NCBI RefSeq assembly: GCF_018350175.1
Contig: NC_058368.1
Coordinates: 214,646,001 to 214,710,000 of the forward strand
Direction of reading: 5' to 3'
Source of the DNA: Felis catus
Lineage: Eukaryota
Length of the DNA stretch: 64,000 bases
Shown here: piece after piece, positions 26,461 to 39,767 of the stretch
How positions within the stretch are numbered: position 1 is the first letter of the stretch
Layout: each line of letters starts with the position of its first letter
The notes under the pieces: model-generated
What the model was told of the DNA's origin: nothing
What the model saw: only the letters and a program-made list of their open reading frames with translations
Database searches by the model: none
Position numbers and translations under genes: made by a program

Positions 26461-27015
26461 TATAAGGAAATAAAGCCTCCTATTTCGGGGTCTTTGTGTA
26501 ATAAAGATTATTTTATCTGGTGTTTTTGAAGTGTACAGTTGTCAGAAAATGCCAATTGACTTCCCTTCACTTGAAGGAAATCATTCAGGGATATGATGAG
26601 TATGGGTGGTTCCAAACCAAAACTGAAAGTCTAGCGCAATTAAAGTATGACACCCAGGGACCAGATTTCTCAAACCAATTTTTGCCTTAACAGTTCTTCT
26701 CAGGGCCCACCACAAAAATCAAGCTTATTTTGTTGATTAAACCTAATTGGAATAAGTAAGTGGGAGCTGGCGGACTTACTTTAGTGATGCATAGCACGAA
26801 ACCAAAATTTTTTTTCAAATCCCGTTTTTAAGTTACTTCTAAAAAATTAAAAGTAACATATTTTTGAACATTAAAGCATGATTTAAAAAAATCTCGGATT
26901 GAGTATGTAAACATTATAAATTAACATGAACAAAATAACTTTCGCGCTTTTCTCAGTTCTTAAAGTGTCCCTGTATCTAATACAATGCCAGTCTTTTTAA
27001 TAAAGAATACAATCT

Positions 27016-27180
27016 CTGGCATATGGAATATAGTCAATACAATTGTGATAAATTTTTATGGTGACATAGGATTGCTAGGCTTAACATGACGATCATTTCA
27101 TGATGTATATAAATGTCTACTCTCTATGTTGTACACCTGAAACTAATATAATATTGTATGTCAAATATACTTCAATAAAA
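27016..27180 (+). mobile_element. 5'-truncated carnivore L1 3' end
   Basis: gttgtacacctgaaactaatataatattgtatgtcaaatatacttcaataaaa; TSD aaagaata(c/t)aatct. Confidence 0.9.
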
Positions 27181-28243
27181 AAAGAATATAATCTGTAATA
27201 AGTCTTAGTTTTTTCATAAAATCAATAATCTTGAAAGTTAAATTTTTTGAATAATGTATTTAAAATTGTAAATAGTCAGTTCGCTCATATGTGTCAATTA
27301 CAATATTTTATATTTTATTTTATATATTTTGTAAATATTTTATAATATTTTAATTGAAAAAAATACACTACAGTTAAAGTTCCTGGTAAATTCAGAGAAT
27401 ATGCTGCTAAATCGAGATTATTACAAATATTACCTTTTTAATTTAAATTAAACATCTGAACATCTGAAATAAGTTCACATGTACCTTTTTTTCTTTGTTT
27501 AGAGGAATTTCTTTGGCAAACAAGGCAAATACATTTGAACTAGGTTCTTTTATGATTCTTCACTGTCTATTGTCAAATTCCTATAAGGATCATAGGGCTT
27601 TCCCATTTCATTCCATTTTTATATAGATTATAATATTATCCAATTAAAAATAGTGAGAGGGAGAGAAAGAAAAGGAATTTTGACAGCTGTAGGGCCCATT
27701 TATATTGGTAGGATATTGTAGCTTTGGGGAACAATTATGGATTATATCGTATCTACCAAAATTAATTCCAAGAGCATCCCTGCTGTAAAGCTTTATAATT
27801 TACAAAGAGCACTGCTTTAACAATGTGTTCCATCAAAATTTGGGTTATTATTTCAGCAAAATATAATAATGAAAATACTTTTAACTTTAATGTTGAACTT
27901 TTGAACCAAATTTACAGTAGCATTTATAATAATGTCAAATGTTTTTTCTTTAACTGAACACAATTGCAAATCTTTATATTATATACAGAAATATCAAAAC
28001 ACTATATGAATGAACTGATTTCTAGACAAAGACATCTATGTCTTTGATAAAAATCTGGTATTCTTCAATTCTTTGTGGAATTCTTATACTGATAGAACCA
28101 GCCTGTTAATAGTTTTATTTTTTGTCTATGTACAAAACATGTCAAACAAAATAAAAAATTGATTTAGAAGAGCTATTTGATCTAAAAAAAAGTTATGCTT
28201 TATAGAGTGATAAGTAAACACACTTTTGAAAATACATATATTT

Positions 28244-28476
28244 GGGGCGCCTGGGTGGCTCATTCGGTTGGGCGACCGACTTCGGCTCAGGTCATGATCT
28301 CACAGTCTGTGAGTTTGAGCCCCGCGTCGGGCTCTGTGCTGACAGCTCGGAGCCTGGAGCCTGTTTCAGATTCTGTGTCTCCCTCTCTCTCTGACCCTCC
28401 CCCGCTTATGCTCTGTCTCTCTATGTCTCAAAAATAAATAAACGTCAAATAAAAAAAATTTTTTTAATAAAAAAAA
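28244..28476 (+). mobile_element. SINEC_Fc-like SINE
   Basis: TSD gaaaata(c/t)atatatt. Confidence 0.95.
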
Positions 28477-28675
28477 GAAAATATATATATTCAATTGTTA
28501 TTTTTCATCCCAGACTTCTTAAATAAAATAGTTACTATCTTTTGAAATAGCAAATGTATCATTGTTTAGCATATTTGTATCTTCTGGCTTTTATATCCCT
28601 GTATCACTACCACTCTAAGAGGAAAAAGTGTCAGTAAACATTTTGTGCATATTACATGTTCAAAAAGATATTTCA

Positions 28676-28846
28676 GGGGCACCTGGGTGGCTCAGTTGGT
28701 TAAGCGTCTGACTGTGGCTCCGGTTATGATCTCCTGGTTTGTTGAGTTCAAGCCCCCGCGTAGGGCTCTGTGTGGACGGTTCAGAGTCTGGAGCCTGCTT
28801 CAGATTCTGTGTCTCCCTCTCTGTCTGCCCCTCCCCCACTCATGCG

Positions 28847-28892
<46 letters not shown>

Positions 28893-28925
28893 AATAAATA
28901 AGCATTAAAATTTTTAAAAAACCCA
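28676..28925 (+). mobile_element. SINEC_Fc-like SINE
   Basis: Long (CT)n; TSD gatatttca. Confidence 0.95.
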
Positions 28926-30289
28926 AAATGATATTTCATGAGCAATGAAAATTTTGTACTTAGTTCTTTACTAGCTTGTACTTTCATTTTCTTAGAGTTC
29001 ATTGCTGCACAGGCTCATTAGAGCTCACTGAATTTCATTGCAAAATGAAAATGTGGGACTAAAAAGTAGTTTTAGATAGTTTTGGACTCACACCATCTAA
29101 TAAATGAAAAGTTTGACAAGGGGTTTGAAATGTTCTTTCTGAACTGTGCAGCAGTGCAGTTTGGTCTCAACTTGCAGGCATATATTCCATGCATCACTAA
29201 TCTACTACCTCTCACTGAACACTGGTAGCCCCAGTGGCTGTAGGCATTATAGATTTCAGGACTTTTCCCACCATCATCTGAGACTGGATGGGGTTACTTG
29301 TGTCTAACTGCTCAGACCCTGACTCAACCTCATTTTATCAGCAGCCTGGGTTCTGTCCTGAAGGAAGGTATTAATTATCTTGCGCCTGGAATGGGTCAGG
29401 GAAAAACAGTTGGTTTATCACTTCTTTCAGATAGAGCAACATGTTCTATTTGAAGCAGTTTACCAAAATAATATGTAATTAAAATTGTGGTGGGTTTATA
29501 AAAGAGAAGGACAGGGTGTTAGGAGAAAGACTAGCAGGGGGATGATTCAGAATAAAGATCAGAGTACCGGAATCAAGCGTGCTTTAAAAAAAATAACATA
29601 AAATATTCCCAATTTCAGAATTGAAATTTTTAAAAAAAATGAGAGAGACAGAGAAGGATATTTTTATGAAAAATGTTACATTACACAATGAAGGTCTGCT
29701 GTGACTCTCTATATTTCAGAGAGAATAATTTCAAAATAATTTTTTTCAATTGTAGGAATTATAATAAAATATTCTGAAATATTGAAAGACTTGAAATGAC
29801 CTCTCAGGCCTTAAAAATCAAGTTGGCAAAAACATATAGACAGACAATAATAGGAGAATGATAATGAAGGCTTAAATTGGCATAAGCTGTGAACAAGCCA
29901 TTAAATGTTTTAATAATTTTTAATGATGGTTCAGTGTTCATGATATTAAATGAAAAAAGCAGGACATGAAGCTATACATATGGTGTCAACTTAACTATGT
30001 GAATATCTGTGGATCTGTATCAAATCAAGAAAACAGAATCATATTACTCTGGCCATTTGGTTTTTTTTGTTTGTTTGTTTGTTTTTTGGTTAGAGCTTGG
30101 GTGATTTTTTATTTTCTTCTCTTTTTTTATACTCTTTGTGATATAATAAATGACATTCATGATGAGAGTAAATACTAGTTTTGGTTTTTTTTTTTTTTTT
30201 TTTTTTTTTAGTAGGAAGGATCACAACAGTTAGTTCTTATACTAAAGTACAGACATCAGGAAAAAAGATACCAAAGTTCTGTTTACCTG

Positions 30290-32685
30290 TATGATAGATG
30301 GATTATAAAACTGAACCCAATTCTCACTCCTCTCTTTATTAGCATGCTTTACAATTTGTGTTTGCGACTTTTCTCATTAAGCAATGGTGTCTCCTCACCT
30401 TAAAACTAGCCTGGACTTTGACTAATTTTAAGAAGCAAAAGTGACTGTGCACTATTTATGACCCTGGGGCTCACAAATGCTTCTGTTTTTCTTTTTCTTT
30501 TCTTGTTTGTTTGTTTTTTGACTTTGGCTTTGCCATGAGAACATGCTTGGGCTGGCACATTGGTTGGATGTGAGAGGTACATGGAGAAGAGTAGCCAAAA
30601 ATCAACCAACTGCACAGATCTGAGAAGCCCCAGTGAAGATCAGCAGAACCTTCAACCCAACTCATAGCTCACTGCAGACTTATTAGTCAAGACCAAAAGG
30701 ACCACACAACCTATCTATAGCTTTGTGAGCAAATGATAAATCTTTATTGTTTTAAGACATTAAGTTTGGGGTAGTTTATTATAAAATCGAATGTGACAGC
30801 AGATAGCTGAGATAGAAATTGATACTTGACAGAGGGTGCTATCATAACAGAAACTTGAAATAGGTGGCATTAACTTTGAGACAGGATGCAGGTGGGGGTT
30901 GGAAAATGGTAAGTAAACTGTTAACAAGGACTGGGGACATGGTAAGGAATTGTAACTGGAGTCTGGAAAAATGATGATCCATGTAATGTCATCACAAAAT
31001 AATTGACAAAACTGTTGCCTGCAGTAACTTGGAAGATGGAAAATGTATCTAATGAACTTTTGGATTTGCCTAAGGATATCTCCAGGCAGAATGTTGATAG
31101 TGTCAGCTAGATTTTCTTAATTGTGTGTGGTACAGCAAGAAAGTGATGAACTAAGAAAAACCTGACTAGCTCCTAAGTAGAATTTAGAAGGGAATACAAG
31201 AGATAGACTTATGGGCTACAGAATAAAACAGTTTCTCATCTCTGGTCCTCCAGCCAGGAAAAGATTATCAAAGTAAAATATAGCCTCTGGGCTTAGATCA
31301 AATCATCAATATGGCTTAAGACACTTTGTTAAGACCTCTGAAGGAATTAAGGAAGTGCTTAGCTGGTCCCCTCAGGTAGACAAAAGGGCTGGTAGGAACA
31401 AAGAGCGTCTCCCACAATTATCTGATATTCCCCCAATGAGTGTGATTAAAAAGAATTTGTTGAGTGCAATAGACACAAATCACATTATTTGAAAGCCCAT
31501 AAGAGTGTTCTCAGGAGTTGTGTAGGCAAAAGTGGCTTCTTCATCCTGGCTTCAAAGGTACAGGGATTGTTCACAATGCAAAAAAACTTCTGAGTCCCCA
31601 TCCTCCTAAGAAGAGAAATCCCGTGGGGGGCAGAGGATATAAGTCCCCCTTATTTATTCAGAATGGATGAAGTGAGAGATGGAATAGGAAGGAGGTCCCA
31701 GTGGCTGTGAAGAATGGACGAGGAAGCCTCTCCTAGGAGCAGAATGGAGGCCAAATCTGGGAACATTCTTTTCTCTCGTATCAGGGCACCTGGCAACATT
31801 TACCCAGTTAGATTTCAGGGAGTTCTGTATGCCTCCCATTCTTGCCTTTTGAATGACCGTGATGTTTAATGCAATTTTTCTGTCCTTGTCACTATTGTAT
31901 TTTTCCTGTTCTTCTCACTACTGTATGCTGGATGGAAACGGTTAAAAATAAATAACTTGTCTTTCTGGTTCAGAAGTCTCTAATCAAAATGTGCCATGTC
32001 TGGAGAGCCTTATGTAGACTTGATATAGACCATAAGATGCTGGACTTTGAGGACAATACGATAATTGGAAGAAACTTGGGGGCACTGTGGGAGGGAGAGG
32101 GGCAAGTGTGGTTTGCATGTGAGAAGCATACGGAATTGAGGCCAAAGGATGGAAGACCAGTGGCTATTAGTAACCATGACCCCAATCCTTCACCCCTCCC
32201 TGAAACCATACTCTTTCAATATGACTTTGAGATCCTCTCATCAAGAGGTGGAGTTGATTTCACTGTTGCTTGAATGTTGGTAGGCTTTCTAATTTTGTTT
32301 TGCAAGTAAAATACAGCATAGATAATTGTGAGTCAGTTCTTAGCCTAGCCTTAAAGAGAGCTTGCCCACTTCTACTTTCTTTTTCTTTTACCTCTGTCTC
32401 ATCTGAACATCCTGGGCTAATTTGCTGGAAGGATGTGACAAATATATAAAGAGCTAAACCGGCCAACACCTAGCAGCCACCAAACATTTGATCAGCCAAC
32501 ATTAGAAGAATGAACCTACTCCAATACAGCTAATAGTAGGTCTGTACGTGAGCCTAGGAGAAGTCGGCACTGCCCAGCTGATCCACACAGATCTGTGATT
32601 AGTAATGCATGCTTATTGTTTTAAGGTTCTGAGTTGTGGGGTGGTATGATACACAACATTAACATAACAATAGGTAACTGATACA
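30290..32685 (+). mobile_element. Full-length MaLR element, LTR-internal-LTR (MLT1H-like)
   Basis: LTR1 ~30290-30814; internal starts gaaattgatac; LTR2 ~32158-32685 ending aactgataca; TSD acctg at 30285-30289 and 32686-32690. Confidence 0.85.
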
Positions 32686-33149
32686 ACCTGCTGTAGTAAT
32701 TCTGAGTTCCCTTGAACCTAGTATTGCAGATTTCAAGTTAATGATCACTAATGGAATGACTGGAAATTAGATAAATTACTTTTCTAAAGGAGAAAGAATT
32801 ACTCTCCTCTGATTAGAAAAAGACAATCAGTGGGATCCCTATTGTTGTGGTATAGATGCAGGTGACACTGAATTTTCTTCCTGTTCTGAATTCTGTCATG
32901 TCAGTTGGAAGTGAGAAGAATATAAGAGAGGTAGACACCTCTGGGGAATTACTTCGGTAGCCAAGCAAGGAAGACACTGAGGTAGCAGGCAGCTGCCACT
33001 GTGATGGAGGCTACAGGGACTTAACCAGATTCTGAAAATCTGTTTACAAGATCAGGGACTGTTGACAGTTGAGAGCAGTGTTTTCACTCTTTGTTTCATA
33101 ATAGAAAAACAAAAAATAGAAGAATTAAAAGTTATAATATTTAAGGCAA

Positions 33150-33420
33150 CTTTTCCCAAAGAGGAATATTCATTGATTTTATTTGAAAGCAGGGTTCTAT
33201 GTTCAGGAAAGTTTGGAAAACACTGGGTCAAACAAAGTGAAACACATTTTCTTTAACTGCAGGACTTCCCAGACTCTTTACTATACCATTTGTATTGTGA
33301 ATTCCCCAAAGGAACATAGGGCATGCAATATTCTCCAAGTTTATTTGACCATAGGACTCCTTTTTTCACAGGGTATTTTGTAGGATTATATTTTCACCAA
33401 GTACACTTTGGGGAATGCTG
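33150..33420 (-). mobile_element. MER103C-like hAT MITE
   Basis: aagtttggaaaacactgggtcaaacaaag...ctgcaggacttc...gtttatttgaccat...cactttggggaatgctg. Confidence 0.75.
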
Positions 33421-33679
33421 AGTTCATGGTTTGTAGAGTGTGTAATTTTTACTTCCTTTTTTAAAGTTTTAAAATCTGTTCTATGAGGCTAACCTTTTCA
33501 CCAGTGTTTTAATGTTCATACTTACTTGATGGAAAAAAAAAAAAAAAAAAAAAACCTCCAAAAGCACAACCTAGTGAAAAATCATGGCATTATATTCATA
33601 ATTTCTTTTTGGTTCTAAGGTTCTATATTATGATGTCACATCTTTTAACACTTGTTTTAATTATAGGTCAAAATAATGA

Positions 33680-33910
33680 TAATAATTTTATAAACATTCA
33701 CATGTTGAGAAACTTACCATATGTCAGGTACTGCGTGAATTGCTTTACATATGTCATCACAAGTACTCTCAAGAAAAACTCTGAGTTCAGTACACTTATA
33801 CTATGTTTAAAAATGATGAAATTGAAGCTTAGAGAAGTATAGCCAGGCCGCAAATCATCTTGTTTAAAAGAGACAAACTAAGATTCATAGAGTTCTACCT
33901 TATGCCACAT
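33680..33910 (-). mobile_element. MIR
   Basis: ttaccatatgtcaggtactg...atgatgaaattgaagcttagagaag. Confidence 0.75.
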
Positions 33911-34763
33911 CTGCTCACTTGATGACTGGGCACCATTAACCAGTAGGCATACCGCTGGGGTTTAGAGGAACACAGATGTACCGAGAAGACCACACTTGTT
34001 AGAGGACAATCAAAATGCATCCAGGTTAAGGAGGTAAGTGGGTTAGTGAAGCTGATGAAAAAGAGCATATCTGAAGACTATTTTGAGATTCAGCAGACTT
34101 TAGTGTTGATTAAACATAGACCCTGAGGTTACAGACCTAGTGTTAAATGTGGAAATATATCAAATGCTTTGACTCTACTGGAATGTGTTATTTTCCCAAA
34201 CTCAAAGTTTATATAATTTGTTTTTTTGTGATTTTTTTAAATTAGAATACAAAGTTTTGAGTAAATTATCAGTCAGTTACTACTATGAGTAAACTTTGGA
34301 CACAGAAGCAAACATTTGAAAAGAAAGAAAACAGTTGTTGTACTTAAAATATTTTGGCAGATGTGAGTACTAGTTGAGGTATAACCAGGAATTTTTTAAC
34401 AGCTTTGTAAACATAATTGTGACATGCAATAAACCACACATATTTATAGTGCACCATCTGATAAATTTTGCTATGTTTACATCCACAAAACTATCATCAT
34501 AATAAAGATAATGAGTATGTATTGCCTCAAAAACTTGCTTATGTTCTTTTGCAATTTCTCTCTGCCTCCTCTCCCCATTTCCTAAGTACTGGGGCAACCA
34601 CTGATCAGCTACCACTATAGATTAGTTTAGTTTGCATATTACAGAAACTTACATAACTAGAAACATAATACACCATCATTATGTACTTTGTCTTTTTTCA
34701 TTCAGCATAATTATTTTGAAATTCATGCATACTGTTCTATGTGTTAATAGTCCACTACTTTTT

Positions 34764-34987
34764 TTAAAATTATTTTTTAATGCTTATTTATTTTTGAGAG
34801 AGAGAGAGGGGGACACAGTGCAAGCAGGGGAGGGGCAGAGAGAGAGGGAGACACAGAATCGGAAGCAGGCTCGAGGCTCTGAGCTGTCAGCACAGAGCCT
34901 GATGTGGCGCTTGAACCCACAAACTGTGAGATCATGACCTGAGCTGAAGTCTGGAGCTTAACTGACTGAGCCACCCCCAGGTGCCCC
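34764..34987 (-). mobile_element. SINEC_Fc-like SINE (younger of a tandem pair)
   Basis: TSD aatagtccactactttt. Confidence 0.95.
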
Positions 34988-35005
34988 AATAGTCCACTAC
35001 TTTTT

Positions 35006-35192
35006 AAAAAAATGTTTATTCATTTTGAGAGAGAAGGAGAGGGACAGAGAGAGGAAGAGAGAGGATCCCAAGCAAGCTCCCCACTTTTATCGCTGAGCCT
35101 GACGCAGGGCTTGATCTCACTAACTGTGAGATCATGACCTGAGCCGAATCCAAGAGTTAGCCGCTTAACTCACTGAGCCACCCAGGTATCCC
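35006..35192 (-). mobile_element. Older felid SINE (second of the tandem pair)
   Basis: Diverged TSD tagtccactacttttt / ttgtccattgcttttt. Confidence 0.9.
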
Positions 35193-35765
35193 TTGTCCAT
35201 TGCTTTTTATTGCTAAGTAGTATTCCATTATAAACTCATCATAGTGTGTTCATTCATCTATCAATGGATGTTAATGTGTTGTTTCCAGTCCTTGGCTATT
35301 ACAAACAGAATTGTGACAAAGATTCATGTACAAGTCCCTTATGGACATACGCTTTCTTTCATCTTGCTTAAACTTTGCAGTGCAGTGTGAGGATAATATG
35401 ATAGATGCACGTTTAACTTTTTAAGACACTGTACAAGGTTCCCAAAGTGGTTTCATCCTTTTACATTCCCATGAGCAATATATGAGAGTTCTTCCATATC
35501 CTTGCCAATGCTTGGTATGGTCTAGCTTTTTAATTTTGACAGTCTAGTAAATCTCTAGTATTATTTCATTGTGGTTTTAATTTGCATTTTGACTAATGAT
35601 GTTGGGCATCTTTCACATGCTTATTTGCCATCCATGTATCTTTTTTGATGAAGTATCTGTTCAAATATTTGTCCATTGTTTTATCGGATTGTTTGTTTTC
35701 TTATGTTTTGAGAATTCTTTATATATTCAGAATATCTGGTTTGCTTGGTCATTTTTCTTACAATG

Positions 35766-35915
35766 AAATGAGGATTTTGTTTAATTGTAAATATTGATTC
35801 ATTTACATGGTCTTTCTAGTCAGAGAGTTCAGGCAGGAATCTGACTTGCTTCATTTTTCCTTTCTATTTATTAAAGTGTTCCTCAGGTCCTCACCATCTG
35901 GGCATCCAGGCATGT
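35766..35915 (+). repeat. Local ~150-bp duplication, copy 1 (copy 2 at 38704-38859)
   Basis: Colinear shared blocks aaatgagg, aatattgattcat, catggtctttcta, tcagagag, cttgcttc, ttcctcagg, cctcaccatctggg, ggcatgt. Confidence 0.9.
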
Positions 35916-35959
35916 GCCCAGTATGGGACCCTGGCACCTCTAATACTTTAGGGTGTTCT

Positions 35960-36417
35960 TTTTTTCTCTTTCTGTAGCCTCAAGGAGTTTCCTTACATGC
36001 CAAACAGTATTCAGTTGAATAATCAAGGGAAGGAGGGAGTGTCTTCTGCCGATCTCTGGAATCCTTTCTTTGTGCAATTCTCTCATCTCTGGCACTATGT
36101 CCAGCAATTTTTAGCTCCTGTTATGTCCCCAGACCCTCAGTTCCATCTCTTTAACTTGGAGAGTTAAGAGAGTTAAGCCTTTAGGGCTTCACTTAAATTC
36201 CTTTTTCCGAAACATGGTCTAAAAAGTCTCTCAAGGTAGTAAGTGGTGCTAATGTAGGGTCACCTCATTTATGTTCTGCTGATCAGGGATCATTGCCCTT
36301 TATTGGGTGATGCCCAGTGTTCTGAAATTGTTTTCACATATTTTGCTATATTTATTTGTGCTAGGTCAGAGGGTAAAACAGGCCCCTATTACTCCATTTT
36401 GACTTGAAGAAGATGCC
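35960..36417 (-). mobile_element. Old L1 (L1ME/MD-like) 5' end fragment
   Basis: gggtcacctcatt...cagggatcattgccct...ccctattactccattttgac resembles an antisense L1ME 5' end. Confidence 0.65.
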
Positions 36418-36999
36418 TTATTAACAGTTTCATTTTTATTTATGACCATGATACTTATTTTTAAGCCTACTGATTTCTCTATTTTCATGTATTATTTTCC
36501 CTTCATTGGGGTAGGCTTTGTGTTTGCCTTTGTTTTATTCCCTTGGATTGTTTTTCATTCATCATGTGGTCTCTTAGCTATTTTTAGAAAATATATTTCC
36601 ATATTTATTCTGTAACTGATGCCGTGCTAAAAGCTGTACTTATAGACATATGAATGACTTCTCTGCTTCTCTTATGGTTTAGGTTAGAACAAGAGGCAAA
36701 AATACATAATTAAAAATTACAAAGTATCAAGTACTTGCTTTGATTCCTTTGTGATTCTTAATGATTGGTTTTTATTTAATGTATTCAAGGGCAGGGACTG
36801 CCTTATTCAGTGTTAAAATTCTAGTGCCCAGCCCAGCATCTGGAACCCATTAGATGATCAAGACAAATATATAATTACAAACCAAGGGGATAAGTGCTTG
36901 TATCAATTTCTTTTCGATTCTTCAATTGGTGTTTATTCTGTGTTTGTGTGCAGAGGCCTTAATTTACTGTTGAATCAATGAATTAGATAGATATTCATT

Positions 37000-37680
37000 G
37001 TATTATCTAGTGGAGTTAAGGACACCAGTCTGGGAATTTAGAAAAAAACATGGAGGAAGTCTTTTGAAATGAGACCTGAGAGATGAGTATAACTTCTCCA
37101 CAAGGAGAAAGGTAGAAAGGGTTTTCAACAAAGCCTTAGAAGATAGAAAGAGGATTATTCATTGAGGAACATTGAGCAGCTCAGAGTGAACAGAATAGAG
37201 GTGTTTTATATCATATGTGTGTGTGTGTATGTGAATAGAGGTGTTATATATATACATATATGTTTGTATGTGTGTGTGTATGTGAATAGAGGTGTTATAC
37301 ACACACACACATACACACACACATATATATACATACATATATACATACATATATATGTGTGTGTGTATGTTATGTATGTACTACGTGTTTGTGTGTGGTG
37401 TGGTATGTGTATTTGCATGTGCATGAATACACAAAGGGACTTTGCAGCATGGAAGAAGGGGGATAGAAGGAGTAGGGAATAAGATTGGAAAGAAAATAGG
37501 TACTGTATTGTTAAGGGTCTTGATATCATGATAACTTTGACCTGTAGTATGTAAGAAAGAGAGAATCAACTTGAATCCTAAATTAGGATGTACTGTTTCT
37601 ATATAATGGGCAGTAGAACAGTGGGTGTGTTGATAATCAGAAGACATGAGACAAGAAGATTAAGTAGGAGGCTATTGTAT
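37000..37680 (-). mobile_element. L2 fragment, interrupted by a compound microsatellite
   Basis: catggaggaagtcttttgaaatgagacctgagagatgagta...taggaggctattg. Confidence 0.55.
37193..37430. repeat. Compound repeat: three gaatagaggtgtt units with (TA/TG/CA)n spacers
   Basis: Units start at 37193, 37233 and 37284. Confidence 0.9.
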
Positions 37681-38703
37681 AGGAAATATATATATCAATA
37701 GAACTTATAACCAAAATCTACCTAGGATAATATGTTGAATATTCCAGATTAGCATTAAGCAGGGCATTAATCATAGTGTTGGAGGAAACTTTAATAGGTC
37801 AGGCAATTGGAAAACACATTCAGAGAGGAAAGAGTATAATTTATATAATCTGAGCAGCGGAATGACTTGACCTTGTAAATATGTTTTTCTTTACATTTAA
37901 GATTTTTTAAAGTATGTATTTCAAAACTGTGCGATACCTGGCTACCATAGAACTATTCAAGATTATCTGGTAGAACTCTTTCATTTTATCTCTTCCCCAC
38001 ACTGACAAATGGTAGACCTCAGTAGTATCGTCTTACCCTGTTACATATGAAAATGTATGCATATATGAACACATGCATGTATATAGACACATATTAAGCT
38101 GATATTCTCTGCTCTCTTCATCTTTGGCAATATAATATGGCAATTTTTATTTATTTTTATGTTACAAATTATCAGAGAAGAGCATCTGCTTAAAACTTAT
38201 GGACTATTATTTGATGGATATCATATTTCTGAAGATAGTTTGATTCTTTACTTTGACTTTCTAAAGATTCTCATAAATGTTTTCAATTCACAGTTACTTA
38301 CAATTTTCATATTGAGATACATACACTTTATATACATAAAAACTATTACTATTCAAATATTTAGCTGGTCATTTGAAATTGTAGTGCATCTTTTCTAGAC
38401 TATCACTCAAGTAGTGCAATTTCTAATAATTTGAAATTAGAGAACAACTTCATACAAAATTATTCTAAATGTTATGGTAATAATATTAATTTATGCTACA
38501 CTTTAAAGTTACAGATGTTTCCTTAACGTTGGTAAGATTTTTAGTTACTTAACAATCATAACTTTTCATAAATAATTATGATAAATGAAATAATCCCCAA
38601 ACCCTCTGTAACCTAGTGTTATTTATACATACTCAAACAATTTATTATATGATTTTATTCTTGCATTTTGAAAAGCCCTGAATTTTTGTAGTTTTTTATA
38701 ATA

Positions 38704-38859
38704 AAATGAGGCTTTTGTTGAACTTTTAATATTGATTCATGTGCATGGTCTTTCTACTCAGAGAGAGAAAGCAAGCCCTAGAGATCCAGCTTGCTTCCTT
38801 TGTTCTTGCTATTTACCAAAATATTCCTCAGGCCCTCACCATCTGGGTTTGGGGCATGT
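38704..38859 (+). repeat. Local ~150-bp duplication, copy 2
   Basis: See 35766-35915. Confidence 0.9.
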
Positions 38860-38966
38860 TGATGATCTGTAGGAGTTACCTCAGAGATTAAAGATTACAG
38901 TGGAAATCCTGAAGAGTTACAGCTTCAGACCAAGCCTTTAGCTTTCGTCTTAGAATGGTCAAGCCA

Positions 38967-39189
38967 GGGCTCCTGGGTGGCTCAGTTGCTTAAACACCCA
39001 ACTTCAGTTCAGGTCATGATCTCACAGTCTGTGGGTTCGAGCCCCGTGTCGGGCTCTGTGCTGACAGCTCAGAGTCTGGAGCCTGCTTCAGATTCTGTGT
39101 CTCCCTCTCTCTCTGCCCCTCCCCTGATCATGCTCTGTCTCTCTCTGTCTCAAAAATAAATAAAAACATTAAAAAAAATTACAAAAAAA
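38967..39189 (+). mobile_element. SINEC_Fc-like SINE
   Basis: TSD agaatgg(t/c)caagcca. Confidence 0.95.
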
Positions 39190-39475
39190 AGAATGGCCAA
39201 GCCAAATATTATTACCGAGAATTAAAATTTTGTTTAAAGTATAAGATGAAAACCTAAAACTAATGCTATTTTGTCCAAGGTAATCATCTTTAGATAGCCT
39301 TAAAATTTGTCTCTGACTTATTTAGTAAATAAAAATGTATTTCTCTTTTATATATGTCAGACACTTTGATAGCTGCTAGGAATAAAAAATATATAAATTA
39401 TTTATAGGAATTCAAGAATAAAAATATCAGATATTTCACTCCAAAATAAGAGATATTTTCTTTTAAAACATTATA

Positions 39476-39673
39476 ATTTTTTTTAATGATTTATTTAGTT
39501 TTGAGAGACCGAGAGAGACAGAGTGTGAGCACGGGAGGGGTAGAGAGAGACAGAGACAGAGTCCGAAACAGGCTTCAGTCTCTCACAGGGCTCAAACCCA
39601 TGAACTGTGAGATCATGACCTGATCCACCACCAAAGTCGGACACATAACTGACTGAGCCACCCAGATGCCCCA
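39476..39673 (-). mobile_element. SINE with internal deletion
   Basis: SINE head and (GA)n tract; body shortened. Confidence 0.9.
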
Positions 39674-39767
39674 GGGCATTTTAATTATAAAGAATATACA
39701 TTCTATATATAAATAAGGAAAATTTGATAATTCCAAGCAAAACAACAATATTAAGAAATAGCTCTTT

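Larger units (their letters stand above)
34392..35735 (-). mobile_element. L1MC1-like 3' end and ORF2 end, 5'-truncated
   Basis: ttttaacagctttg...ggcaaccactgatc...ttacattccca...tgatgttgggcatctttcacatgcttatttgccatcc. Confidence 0.9.

Noticed and set aside
27503..27524. 22-nt micro-exon with GC donor
   Set aside because: Acceptor is good, but the donor AAG|gcaaat is poor and the length is frame-shifting
37193..37300. CRISPR-like repeat-spacer array
   Set aside because: Mammalian DNA; 13-bp units with microsatellite spacers, explained by slippage
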